Source: an uncultured Candidatus Saccharibacteria bacterium
Lineage (GTDB): Bacteria; Patescibacteriota; Minisyncoccia; Phycocordibacterales; GWA1-40-21
Length of the DNA: 64,000 nucleotides
Assembly: GCA_964562105.1 (NCBI GenBank)
Contig: CAZLRP010000001.1
Location: 2,949 to 66,948 of the forward strand
Direction: 5' to 3'
Numbering within the stretch: position 1 is the stretch's first letter; every line of letters begins with the position of its first letter. Shown one piece after another: positions 21,395 through 30,697 of the stretch. Both the position numbers and the translations under genes were made by a program. A model generated the notes under the pieces. The model was given only the letters and a program-made list of their open reading frames with translations. It did not search any database and was not told the origin of the DNA.

Positions 21395-22021
21395 CTATTT
21401 CTTGATTTCCTCCGACACAGTTTTCTTATCCCAATCTATTTCTGGTTTTTTCTTTAACCAAAAAAAATTTAGAACTCCATCTACCATTAAATGAAAAGAA
21501 AAACCCGCCATACCAAATAATGGTAGCATCAATTTTTTTAGCGTGTCATCTGGCCAAAACAAGGATGAAATAATTAGAAGAAAAATTCCCCACGCAATAA
21601 CTGATGAAAAATTATGAAATGGTCTAGGCTTTATGGTATAAAGCGGATTTGCTCTACCTTTCATAACATAAAATAGAAATATAGGAGTTAAGAAAAGTAA
21701 AAAATATAATTCATACCATAGACTTTCCCTTTCGTTGTCTTGTGGTCTGTTTACTAAAATATCAGCATCTGGTAAGAAGTTGCTGTAGAAAAATACAAGC
21801 AAGGATAAAAAGAGAGAGCCAAGTATATGATTATGAAAAACTATACCCAATATAAAATATAGAGCTATAAGTGGAAGAAGAAAACTTTTCCATAACCAAG
21901 CAAGCAAAGAATAATGTTCCCTTATTTCATCTTCAACTTTATGAAATTGGGCATGTGGTGGAATTTTCTTCAAAACTACAGCATCCCAATATTCTTTTAG
22001 TCTTTCTTTTGTATTCGTCAT
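21395..22021 (-). CDS. Hypothetical membrane protein, possibly a metal-dependent hydrolase
   Basis: Several TM segments with LPDAD, FHN and HLMVD motifs. Confidence 0.6.
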   Translation of the reverse strand: MTNTKERLKEYWDAVVLKKIPPHAQFHKVEDEIREHYSLLAWLWKSFLLPLIALYFILGIVFHNHILGSLFLSLLVFFYSNFLPDADILVNRPQDNERESLWYELYFLLFLTPIFLFYVMKGRANPLYTIKPRPFHNFSSVIAWGIFLLIISSLFWPDDTLKKLMLPLFGMAGFSFHLMVDGVLNFFWLKKKPEIDWDKKTVSEEIKK

Positions 22022-22274
22022 AGATGAAATATGATTATTCACGAAAAAGCAAAATAAGTCAACGTAAACTAAACCTAATAAGCTACTTAATAATACGATT
22101 TAATTGCTAACAAAAATACGAGTGCATAAGTTAGATTAAATATGAGAAGACATAGGACATCTTGGAATAAGACTTAAAAAAAATACACTGTCAGTTGGTA
22201 TGAAAACAAAAGAAAAAATTATATTGCTTTATTCTCCTTCTGATAAAATTATCCCACACCATTAATTACTATAT

Positions 22275-24944
22275 TTAAGATGATTTAACTACAATAAATG
22301 ATTTTTTCTTAAACCATTCAATAAGAATTATCTCGATGAAACTTATTAAAACTATAATGGTCCAGTCAGCAATGATAAGGGGTTGTGTTGAAAGTAATTT
22401 TTGTAATGGGCTAAAATAAATCGATGAAGTAAGCAGTAGTAATCCAATTATGACTGCCCCAACCAAAATTTTATTTGAAAAGATATCTTTTCGAAACATT
22501 GGACGTTTAAAAGATCGAACACTAAAAGAAAACACCAATGAATCAAGACACATAAGAGCAAACACGATTGACCGTGTCTTATCCAAATCCCCTGTAATTT
22601 TCCAAAGAAGGAAAAATGACATGAAAGCGGACAAACCAGTAATAAAGAAAATCGAAAGTAACCATTTTTTCATCGGTCTGTTCAAAATTGATTCGCTTGG
22701 ATCACGAGGTCTTTCATCCATAACCCCAAATGTTTCCTGTTCAGTAGTTAGAGCAATATCAGGCAGACCATCCTCCACTAGATTAATCCAAAGAATCTGG
22801 GCAGCTAAAAGAGGCAACGGTAGGCCAAAAGCCATTGCCACTAAAAATAAAAACAATTCTGAAAAATCGTCAGCTATCAGATAAATAAAAACTTTACGAA
22901 TATTTTGAAAGATAATACGGCCTTGTTCAATCGCTTTTACAATTGTTTTAAAGTTGTCATCTAATAACACGATATCTGCCACTTCTTTGGCAACGTCTGT
23001 ACCTGAACCAACCGAAATACCAACATCAGCTTTTTTTAAGGCTGGAGCGTCATTAACACCGTCACCAACCATAGCCACTACTTCACCCCTGGCTTGTAAA
23101 GCATTTACGATACGAAGTTTATGACCGGGAGACACACGAGCATAAATAGAAACATGTCTTACTTTTTCTTCAAGTTCTTGATCCGATAAATTATCAATAT
23201 CTTCACCCTCAAGAATCATCTCCGAACTTGCTTCAATACCAACTTCTGTAGCAATTGATTGAGCCGTCAATCGGTGATCACCAGTAATAAGAACTGTGCG
23301 AATACCAGCTCGTTTTGTTAAAGAGATTGAATCTTTGGCATCAGAACGTAATGGGTCTTTTAAAGCAATATAGCCAATAAGAATTAAGTCTTTGGATAGA
23401 TTTTCTATTGAATCCATATCTTTTTCTTTTGGAAATTCACGGTAAGCACAGGCCACAACTCTTAATCCACTCTTGGTTAGAGATTCAAGTTTTTGCAAAA
23501 GTTTATTATGAGCCTCCGAACCTAAGGGTTCTATTTTTCCATCAACATAAAAATCAACGGCCCTTGAAGCAACAACTTCTGGTGCACCAATAACATATAG
23601 AATCTTATTTCCATCTAGTTTTGTATGAAGAGAAGCTGAGTATTTTGCTTCTGAAGTAAAAGCTAGTTTCTCTATGGTGGGGTATTCTGCCTCAAGTTTT
23701 TTCTTAGACAATCCAGCGTGCATTCCGGCCACCAATAAAGCTCGTGAGGTAGGCACGCCACGCACAATCCACTCATGAAATTCATCGTCAGGATTTTCAA
23801 TAAAAGCGTCGTTTGTTAAGACAGCCACCTTTAAGGCAAGAATGTGTGACTCAAGACCGTTTGCTTTATTTATATCAATAATTGGGTCTTTATTATTATT
23901 AAAAAGCTCTTGAGTGCCGGTAAGAATATGACTGACCTGCATTTTTCCTTCAGTAAGTGTTCCGGTTTTGTCTGTACAAATAACGGTGACGCTTCCTAGT
24001 GTCTCGTTAGCAATAAGTTTTCTAACTAAACCATTATGCTTAAGTATCCGACGCATACCGAGAGCGAGAATAACGGTAATAGCAGGCAAAAGACCGGCCG
24101 GAATAGCCGATACAGCTAGAGCCAAAGAAGCAATAAAAATATCATTGAACGATTGGCCATTTTTATACCCAAGAACAATAACAATACCAATAATAAATAG
24201 AACAAAAAGACCGACCCAGCGAGAAAGTGAAGATATTTTTTTCTGTAATGGGGTTGGTCGTTCTTTTGTCTCCCGAAGAAGGGATACTATGCCGCCAATC
24301 TCTGTTTTCAATCCTGTTTCAACCACAATAGCTGTCGCTGTTCCCTCCTCCACGATACTTCCCATAAAAACCATATTGATCTGATCAGCTAGTGGACTTT
24401 TTTCTGGAATTTCATCTACGAACTTTGACACAGCCAGCCACTCGCCAGTCAAACTAGACTCATTTATTTTTAATCCGCTCACTTCAATTAGACGAGCATC
24501 GGCAGGAACTTTATCTCCAGATTTTAGAAAAAAAATATCACCTGGAACCAATGTTATGCTATCTATTTCTTTTAAATTACCGTCTCGTAATACCCGAGTT
24601 GAAATCTTGACTATGTTTCTTAGAGCAACTAGAGAATTATTGGCCTTATTTTCCTGATAAAAACCTACAGTGGTATTTATTAGAAGCACCACAACAATAA
24701 AAACAGCATCGGAATAATGAGCAAGATAAAACGAGACTCCACCAGCTACTAAAAAAATAATAACTAAAGGACTGTTAAACTGACTTAAAAAAAGTTTGAT
24801 TTTTGAATAAGGTTTTTCCTTAGGCAAAATATTCATCCCAAATTTTTCTAACCTATTTTTTGCTTCCAGATCTGATAGGCCTTCTTCGTTTGTTTTTAAA
24901 TCCAGAAATATTTTTTTCAACTTTAGAAAATACCACTTCGTCAT
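22275..24944 (-). CDS. Cation-transporting P-type ATPase (type II)
   Basis: DKTGTLT, TGE, GDGVNDAPALK motifs. Confidence 0.96.
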   Translation of the reverse strand: MTKWYFLKLKKIFLDLKTNEEGLSDLEAKNRLEKFGMNILPKEKPYSKIKLFLSQFNSPLVIIFLVAGGVSFYLAHYSDAVFIVVVLLINTTVGFYQENKANNSLVALRNIVKISTRVLRDGNLKEIDSITLVPGDIFFLKSGDKVPADARLIEVSGLKINESSLTGEWLAVSKFVDEIPEKSPLADQINMVFMGSIVEEGTATAIVVETGLKTEIGGIVSLLRETKERPTPLQKKISSLSRWVGLFVLFIIGIVIVLGYKNGQSFNDIFIASLALAVSAIPAGLLPAITVILALGMRRILKHNGLVRKLIANETLGSVTVICTDKTGTLTEGKMQVSHILTGTQELFNNNKDPIIDINKANGLESHILALKVAVLTNDAFIENPDDEFHEWIVRGVPTSRALLVAGMHAGLSKKKLEAEYPTIEKLAFTSEAKYSASLHTKLDGNKILYVIGAPEVVASRAVDFYVDGKIEPLGSEAHNKLLQKLESLTKSGLRVVACAYREFPKEKDMDSIENLSKDLILIGYIALKDPLRSDAKDSISLTKRAGIRTVLITGDHRLTAQSIATEVGIEASSEMILEGEDIDNLSDQELEEKVRHVSIYARVSPGHKLRIVNALQARGEVVAMVGDGVNDAPALKKADVGISVGSGTDVAKEVADIVLLDDNFKTIVKAIEQGRIIFQNIRKVFIYLIADDFSELFLFLVAMAFGLPLPLLAAQILWINLVEDGLPDIALTTEQETFGVMDERPRDPSESILNRPMKKWLLSIFFITGLSAFMSFFLLWKITGDLDKTRSIVFALMCLDSLVFSFSVRSFKRPMFRKDIFSNKILVGAVIIGLLLLTSSIYFSPLQKLLSTQPLIIADWTIIVLISFIEIILIEWFKKKSFIVVKSS

Positions 24945-25013
24945 ATTAAAAGAATATCAAAGTATAACTCGAAACACAAAACAAAATAAGAATATATTAC
25001 CCGAAACAAACGG

Positions 25014-25199
25014 TGGTGGCTATCGGGGATGTTTCCCTCGACTAAAAGCTCGTCGTCACTCGCTTTTGTCTGGGCACCAGCTCATTCGTTTTTTCTGCTG
25101 AAAAAACATCATTCCGCTGTTCAACCCCCGAACGCAAGCAAAGCAGTTTGCTTGCTTAGCCACCCACGAAAAAACCCGCTTTCGCGGATCCTTTTTTCG
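25014..25199. repeat. tRNA-mirror element beside tRNA-His
   Basis: Direct and inverted copies of the tRNA-His 3' end around a core shared with 50931-50981. Confidence 0.75.
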
Positions 25200-25273
25200 T
25201 GGGTGGCTATCGGGGGTTGAACCCGAACAAAGAGTTCCACAAACTCTTGTGCTACCGCTACACCATAGCCACC
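25200..25273 (-). tRNA. tRNA-His(GTG)
   Basis: Cloverleaf with anticodon loop TTGTGGA, G-1 and encoded CCA. Confidence 0.93.
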
Positions 25274-25377
25274 ATGAACACCATTTATAACAGATTTTTA
25301 ATAGAAAATCTACCCGATTTTATATTTATTCGTAGCCATTCGTAGATTTGTATCATTCGTATATTTGTATGTTTATC

Positions 25378-25920
25378 TTAATATTTTGGAGACTCTTCAG
25401 TACCACTTTCCAATGCTGAATATCTCGCAAGCGCATACAAAAGACTGGATAAACGATTTAAAAAAACAAGAGTTTCTGAATCAATTTTTGCCATACCCTC
25501 TTCGTTTACTGCAACAACCCTTCTTTCTGCTCTGCGTACCAATGTACGAGCAAAATCAAAATCGGCAGACATTTCATTTGCACCGGAAATAAGAAAAGTT
25601 TTAATTGGCGGTAATTTTTTTTCTATATTATCAATAATATTTTCAAGATATTTTGTTTTTTCTTTTTGTATTTTTTTATCTGCACCAGCAACTTGGGCTT
25701 GAATGATAAAAATATTATTCTGAATTATATGAATAATATTCTGAATTTTTTCTCCATCAACCTTATAACTTTTAACTTTACACTTTATAACTCCTAAGTA
25801 TGAATTTGCTTCATCCAAGCACCCCAAAGCTTCGGTTATCGCCGAACTTTTTGAGATTTTCTGGTCGCAACATCCAAACATATTTGTTTTTCCTTTGTCT
25901 CCCTTTTTTGTGTAAAGCAT
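25378..25920 (-). CDS. PduO-type cob(I)alamin adenosyltransferase
   Basis: LYTKKGDKG, RRAERR and LNRLSS motifs. Confidence 0.9.
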   Translation of the reverse strand: MLYTKKGDKGKTNMFGCCDQKISKSSAITEALGCLDEANSYLGVIKCKVKSYKVDGEKIQNIIHIIQNNIFIIQAQVAGADKKIQKEKTKYLENIIDNIEKKLPPIKTFLISGANEMSADFDFARTLVRRAERRVVAVNEEGMAKIDSETLVFLNRLSSLLYALARYSALESGTEESPKY

Positions 25921-25976
25921 AATGCACTTTGATTATAACATTTTCCTTTGCTTCTATAAGCTGGCTGAATGTAAGC

Positions 25977-26648
25977 TTATATTAAACCCATCATATATTG
26001 AGCTCCTCCGAGCCAAAATATTACTGCCAAAAGAACGTAAAAACCGAAATGTATCATATAGCTGTACAAAAATCCTTTTTTTGATTTTGTAATGCAATAA
26101 GAAAATATCAAGCCGGCAAAAAATGAAACGCTAAAAAGTATTTTGCCCATAGATGTCGGTATAAAAAGAACTGGAAAATGTATAAACAGTGCATATAGAC
26201 CAAATAAAATCATGTCTTTATTTTTAGACACGTTATTATTAAAAAGATAATAAATACTTATCATAAAAAATGTCTGCTGAAACATTATTTCAAAAGCTTT
26301 TGTTACCAAAAATTTATTGTCCATTTGCAGTATCGCAGATAAATTGCTTTTCATCGCTCCCATTGGACTTCCCTCCGACAAAAGATTTAAAAAATAATAA
26401 ATTAGTATCACAGCCACCGAAAAAACCATCATGATAAACAAATCTTTGGGAGAAAATTGATCTACATATTCTCCTATTTCTTTTTTGAATATGGAAGTGA
26501 GAGCAACTATTACAAGTAAAAAATAAATACATGTTAGAAGATAGTTGTTTATATAGCTTATCCCTTGAGGTTGCAAATAAAGTATAAATACAGCCCAAAC
26601 TGAAAACCAAATAAACGATAAGCCGAAAATTTTATTGAAAGTTTTCAT
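25977..26648 (-). CDS. Hypothetical polytopic membrane protein
   Basis: Many TM segments; start uncertain. Confidence 0.65.
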   Translation of the reverse strand: MKTFNKIFGLSFIWFSVWAVFILYLQPQGISYINNYLLTCIYFLLVIVALTSIFKKEIGEYVDQFSPKDLFIMMVFSVAVILIYYFLNLLSEGSPMGAMKSNLSAILQMDNKFLVTKAFEIMFQQTFFMISIYYLFNNNVSKNKDMILFGLYALFIHFPVLFIPTSMGKILFSVSFFAGLIFSYCITKSKKGFLYSYMIHFGFYVLLAVIFWLGGAQYMMGLI

Positions 26649-26666
26649 GATTAAATTATCTGAAAT

Positions 26667-26829
26667 GTGCACAAGGGAGGAATCTTTAAACTTACAGTTT
26701 CTGTACATCTTTTCTGTTTTTTATTTCGCAAAAACTCATAAAAAACTATCAAAGGTTTGCAAGTCCTCACGCAAGCAAAGACTTTTGCTTGCTTCCCGCG
26801 CATCAAAAATCAGCAAAAGCTGATTTTTG
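26667..26829. repeat. tRNA-mirror element beside tRNA-Leu
   Basis: Degenerate direct copy at 26667; inverted T-arm/acceptor copy at 26758-26802 with a 25-nt hairpin. Confidence 0.7.
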
Positions 26830-26911
26830 TGCACGGGAGAGGACTTGCACCTCCACGCCTTACGGCACAGGAACCTCAATCCTGCTTGGCTACTAATTAC
26901 AACACCCGTGC
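26830..26911 (-). tRNA. tRNA-Leu(GAG)
   Basis: Cloverleaf with long variable arm; anticodon loop TTGAGGT. Confidence 0.9.
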
Positions 26912-26913
26912 AT

Positions 26914-27597
26914 TCACTGTCTTCTATATTTTTTTTGCTGCCGTTTTTCCACACTTAATGCTTTCTCTATCTTTATCCTCTTTCTACCTAAGCAAACGAC
27001 TTTTCGATTATAATACATTGCCTTGATAATTTCTATAGCTTCTTTTTTGGCATATTTTAATTGTCCAGTTGACTTTTCTCCATCATTCGTGATGTGCCCA
27101 AAAACATTAATCCTGTTCGTTAACTCCGACCTCAACCAATTAATATGTTTCTTGCTCGCTGAAACAAACTCAACATAAAACATATGGCTTGAACGCCAAC
27201 GCGGATCCCAATACGAATAAAAAGTTCCGTCTCCATCAAAACAACCGCGTAAAAAATCAAAAAAATACTCTGATGGAATATCAACAACTCCTAAGCTTTT
27301 CGATTTTGCCCTGCTAATACCTATGGATTCTAAAAATTTGTAGAAAAAAATATCACTAAATTGCACTACATAATATTTCTTTTCTTTGTTTCCGCCGTTG
27401 CCTTTTTTGCCTACATTACATTTAATCCGTAATGCTTTTTGATAATTATCAATTTGTTCCTTGTCTTTGGAAGTAAAACTCACATGCCTACCATCTGGCG
27501 ATACGTTGCCATCAGTCGCAATCAAACCAATAGCATAAGCAAAATTCGGTGACCATGTTATTTTTACTTTTGCCTTTGGCTTTGGTCCTCTTTTCAT
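26914..27597 (-). CDS. Free-standing LAGLIDADG endonuclease-like protein
   Basis: Two motifs, YAIGLIATDG and FLRGCFDGDG. Confidence 0.85.
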   Translation of the reverse strand: MKRGPKPKAKVKITWSPNFAYAIGLIATDGNVSPDGRHVSFTSKDKEQIDNYQKALRIKCNVGKKGNGGNKEKKYYVVQFSDIFFYKFLESIGISRAKSKSLGVVDIPSEYFFDFLRGCFDGDGTFYSYWDPRWRSSHMFYVEFVSASKKHINWLRSELTNRINVFGHITNDGEKSTGQLKYAKKEAIEIIKAMYYNRKVVCLGRKRIKIEKALSVEKRQQKKYRRQ

Positions 27598-27712
27598 ACT
27601 CCTTATTGTATCAAATAATATATTATACTCAAGGAAGTAGCGTCTACCAATTAAAATTCAAGCAAAAATCCGCCAAAGGCGGATTTTTGCTTGAATTAAA
27701 CTTTATAACTTT

Positions 27713-28123
27713 CTACTTTTCACTTTCAACTTTTCTAGTATCCGTATTGCTTTCAAGTCTCGCTCCCAAAAGTTCGCTCTTTAAATGTCTCTTAAGTTCT
27801 TTTGTGGCTTTCTCTCTAATATAATAAAGTTTTGATCTTCTCACTTTTGCTCTCTTCAAAATTTCTATTGAATCTATTACAGGTGAATATAATGGGAAAA
27901 TTCTTTCAACCCCCACTTCATCCACTACCCTTCTCACAGTGAAAGTTCCTCCGTTTTCTTTTCCATGTTTTACAGCCAAAATCATACCTTCAAATGCTTG
28001 GAGTCTAGTCTTGTCACCTTCTTGAATTTTCTGCCAAACACGAACGGTATCGCCTGATCTCATATCAATTTTTTTCCTAGCTTCTATATCTATTGGCGAT
28101 ATTTTAATATTTTTCAATTCCAT
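27713..28123 (-). CDS. rplS: 50S ribosomal protein L19
   Basis: GDTVRV, RLQAFEG, GVERIFP, VRRSKLYYIR motifs. Confidence 0.96.
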   Translation of the reverse strand: MELKNIKISPIDIEARKKIDMRSGDTVRVWQKIQEGDKTRLQAFEGMILAVKHGKENGGTFTVRRVVDEVGVERIFPLYSPVIDSIEILKRAKVRRSKLYYIREKATKELKRHLKSELLGARLESNTDTRKVESEK

Positions 28124-28178
28124 AATATCAACAAACTAACATAATAATATGCTTTTTGCAATCGTTTTTTTGTAACGA

Positions 28179-29186
28179 TTAATTAGAAACTGTAACGGTC
28201 ATATTTTGAACTTTTTTTCTCAATTTTTTAGCATTGCCATAAGACAGCAATCCTAGATACGATTGTACTGTTTCCATCTTACCTTCTTTGAGTTCAATAT
28301 TTTTAAACATTCTTCTTTTTGTGACAGTCCTTATCACACAGTGATCGGGAAAATGTACCCAACCGAGAAAATCAATACCTGAAGTCAGTGTTTTCAAAAA
28401 TAATTTATCTGGATGTAATGTAAGCCTCAATTCATTCCAAAGAAACTCATTGATTTTAGGTATTGTATTTTCTAGCCGAGTTTTGTCTTGCGATAAAACT
28501 ACAAAATCATCAGCATATCTTATGTAATATTTTGCTTTTAGTTTGTGCTTTATGAACTGATCAAATTCATTCATATAAATATTCACTAGAAGTTGTGATG
28601 TTAAATTTCCAAGTGGCAAACCCCTCCCTTTCTCGGTAGAGTAAAAACTATGAATAATTTCGGATAGTAAATTGATGATATCCCCATCTGGTATATATTT
28701 ATTTAATATTTTCAATAAAATTTTTTGGTCTATTGAAGCAAAAAATTTCTTTATATCACATTTTAGAACCCAGACTGTTTTTGTGTTATTTTTTGAAACT
28801 TTATTTGAAAAACTTTTAAATCTTCTTATAGCTTTATGGGTTCCTTTTCCTAATCTACAAGAATATGAATCGGCAATAAAAGTCTTATCAAAAAACGGGT
28901 ACAATTTTCTATAAAGAGCGTGGTGCAAAAGTCTATCTCTGATTTTTGCTTTATGTATATTTCTTGGTTTTGGATCAGAAATATTAAATGCTTCATATAA
29001 AGAATGTTTGTAGGTTTTATTTTTTAATTCCATATGAAGTAAAATAATATTTGTCATTAAATGTCTTTGAAATTCCTCCACATCCTTGCGAGACTTTTTA
29101 CCAACAACAAATTCCCTCCACGCCTCTAGCAGGTTTTCCATTTCAATGATATTCTCATAACTGTCAGTAAGTTGGATTTTAGACAT
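28179..29186 (-). CDS. DGR reverse transcriptase
   Basis: KPRNI, LKCDIKKFF, GLPLGNLTSQ, RYADD and IDFLG motifs; no maturase domain; adjacent TR/VR pair. Confidence 0.95.
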   Translation of the reverse strand: MSKIQLTDSYENIIEMENLLEAWREFVVGKKSRKDVEEFQRHLMTNIILLHMELKNKTYKHSLYEAFNISDPKPRNIHKAKIRDRLLHHALYRKLYPFFDKTFIADSYSCRLGKGTHKAIRRFKSFSNKVSKNNTKTVWVLKCDIKKFFASIDQKILLKILNKYIPDGDIINLLSEIIHSFYSTEKGRGLPLGNLTSQLLVNIYMNEFDQFIKHKLKAKYYIRYADDFVVLSQDKTRLENTIPKINEFLWNELRLTLHPDKLFLKTLTSGIDFLGWVHFPDHCVIRTVTKRRMFKNIELKEGKMETVQSYLGLLSYGNAKKLRKKVQNMTVTVSN

Positions 29187-29213
29187 AATTATTAGACCAT
29201 AAAAAATTAAACT

Positions 29214-29610
29214 ATGATGCCCCCCCCCCGAACAAAGACAGAAATTATTACCGCTTTTACAAAAAGTAAAAACTGTTTATATTCTTTGGTATGAATATTA
29301 TCAAATATTACCCAAACCACACAGATATTCTCTTGGCAACAGAATTGATACCCTTTTTGTAGAAATAATAGAAGCAATATCCATAGCAAGTTTTTTGCCA
29401 AAAGAAGAAAAAAGAACTTACATATCTATCGCCATCAGAAAACTTGATACGTTAAAAATCCTAATAATGGTTCTTTGGGAAACAAAATCACTGGACAATA
29501 AAAAGTATATCGCCCTATCGCTTCATCTGGATGAAATCGGGAAAATGCTCGGCGGTTGGAACGGGCAAATATTAAAACAAAACTCTCCCGCAAAAGCAGG
29601 AGAGAAATGA
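29214..29610 (+). pseudogene. avd: Avd-like four-helix-bundle accessory protein, out of frame at a C10 tract
   Basis: Frame from 29221 reads ...LPKPHRYSLGNRID...LDEIGKMLGGW; the ATGATG at 29214 is in another frame because of C10 at 29220-29229. Confidence 0.82.
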
Positions 29611-29616
29611 AAAGAG

Positions 29617-29745
29617 TTGTGAACGCCAGCAAACCGATAGTTATCGTTCCAGTCTTCATCAAACCAATTCAGGTTCAGCTTACGCCTGCTGTCGTTCTCG
29701 TTGAGGTAAGCCACGTTGCGGTTGCCGTTAAGCTTGCAGACAGAA
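29617..29745 (-). repeat. DGR template repeat (TR)
   Basis: 129-bp ungapped match to 30108-30236; AAC-rich; all 18 differences at TR adenines. Confidence 0.96.
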
Positions 29746-30103
29746 ATGTGCAAAATACCGTCTATGCCACCATCCCTTGAATACTCTAAGGATTGAATCT
29801 TATTTGACATCGTAATGCCTTAATATATTGCACCAAGTATCTTCATTTTTTGTGAAGAGTCTACATAAGTCCTCTGTTTGAAACCTTAGTCGCAAACGCT
29901 CCCAACTTATGGATACTGGATTCGGCAGTGAGAAACCGTAATCGCTCACATATTCACCTAATACCGATTTTATTTTAGCATAAAAAAACAGCTCGTCTAT
30001 CTTTACTGCTTTCGCAGTTTGGATAAACGAGCCGTTCAAATCGAAAGAACTAAGTTCAAAGTTTCAAAGTGCAAGTACACAGTGACACAAAACTAAGTTC
30101 TAA

Positions 30104-30697
30104 TTACTTGTGAACGCCAGCAAACCGATAGCGAGCGCGCCAGTCTTCAACAAACCAATCCAGGCTCAGCCTACGCCTGCTGCCGCTCTCGCTGAGGTAA
30201 GCCACGCGGCGGCGGCCGCAAAGCTTGCAGACAGAACCGAGAGCAACAATGGGGAATTTTCTCTGAAGGTTCGGCTCTTTGACAGAGAGACCTAAAAGGT
30301 CTTGGATTGTGGCAGGTTTGTAGCCAGCTTTGTCCATCTCGGCGATTGCATCTTTCGAGGAAATGCTTTTATTGAAGTGAAAAATCGCCACTTCCTTGTC
30401 TACTTTTTTGCCATCTTTCAGCTTAGGGAAGGTTTTGGAAGTGATGTCGTCGTTCGCCCAATCAAACTTACCGAGCTTAATCGCCTCTTCCACGGAAATG
30501 GTCTCGTCAACCGGAACCATAAAGGTGTGGGTGATGAAGTTGGTCATTTTCGTGATTTCCACTGGTGGACACAAAGCTTCCTTCAGAGTTTTTTGCAAAC
30601 CCTTGGGATTTTCTATCCATCCCTGCATGAGACTGCTGTCCATTTCGGGCAGATTTTCTGCGATGCTAGCTACCAACTTTGCTGTTTGCTTATCCAT
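30104..30697 (-). CDS. DGR target protein with C-terminal variable region
   Basis: Last 43 codons are the VR; ends YRFAGVHK. Confidence 0.93.
   Translation of the reverse strand: MDKQTAKLVASIAENLPEMDSSLMQGWIENPKGLQKTLKEALCPPVEITKMTNFITHTFMVPVDETISVEEAIKLGKFDWANDDITSKTFPKLKDGKKVDKEVAIFHFNKSISSKDAIAEMDKAGYKPATIQDLLGLSVKEPNLQRKFPIVALGSVCKLCGRRRVAYLSESGSRRRLSLDWFVEDWRARYRFAGVHK
30108..30236 (-). repeat. DGR variable repeat (VR)
   Basis: Adenine-mutagenised copy of the TR. Confidence 0.96.

Noticed and set aside
19644-25028. ZIP/DUF134/P-type ATPase block as a tRNA-His-anchored genomic island
   Set aside because: No integrase and no distal att copy seen; the nearby tRNA 3' repeat belongs to the short mirror element.
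26736-27026. Small ORFs overlapping tRNA genes (also 32726, 43903, 61639, 63511, 63539)
   Set aside because: They are translations of tRNA and repeat sequence.
28179-29186. RT as a group II intron or retron
   Set aside because: No maturase domain or intron structure is visible, and the TR/VR pair plus Avd explain it as a DGR.
29523-29810. 95-aa minus-strand ORF containing the TR in frame
   Set aside because: TRs commonly keep the open frame of their target. It overlaps avd antisense and has no clear SD, so it was not called as a second target gene.
29800-30039. 79-aa ORF between VR and TR
   Set aside because: No recognisable motif or SD; may be non-coding TR leader.
30046-30100. Repeated aactaagttc downstream of the VR as the DGR recognition hairpin
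   Set aside because: Stems are only 4 bp, too weak to call without comparative data.
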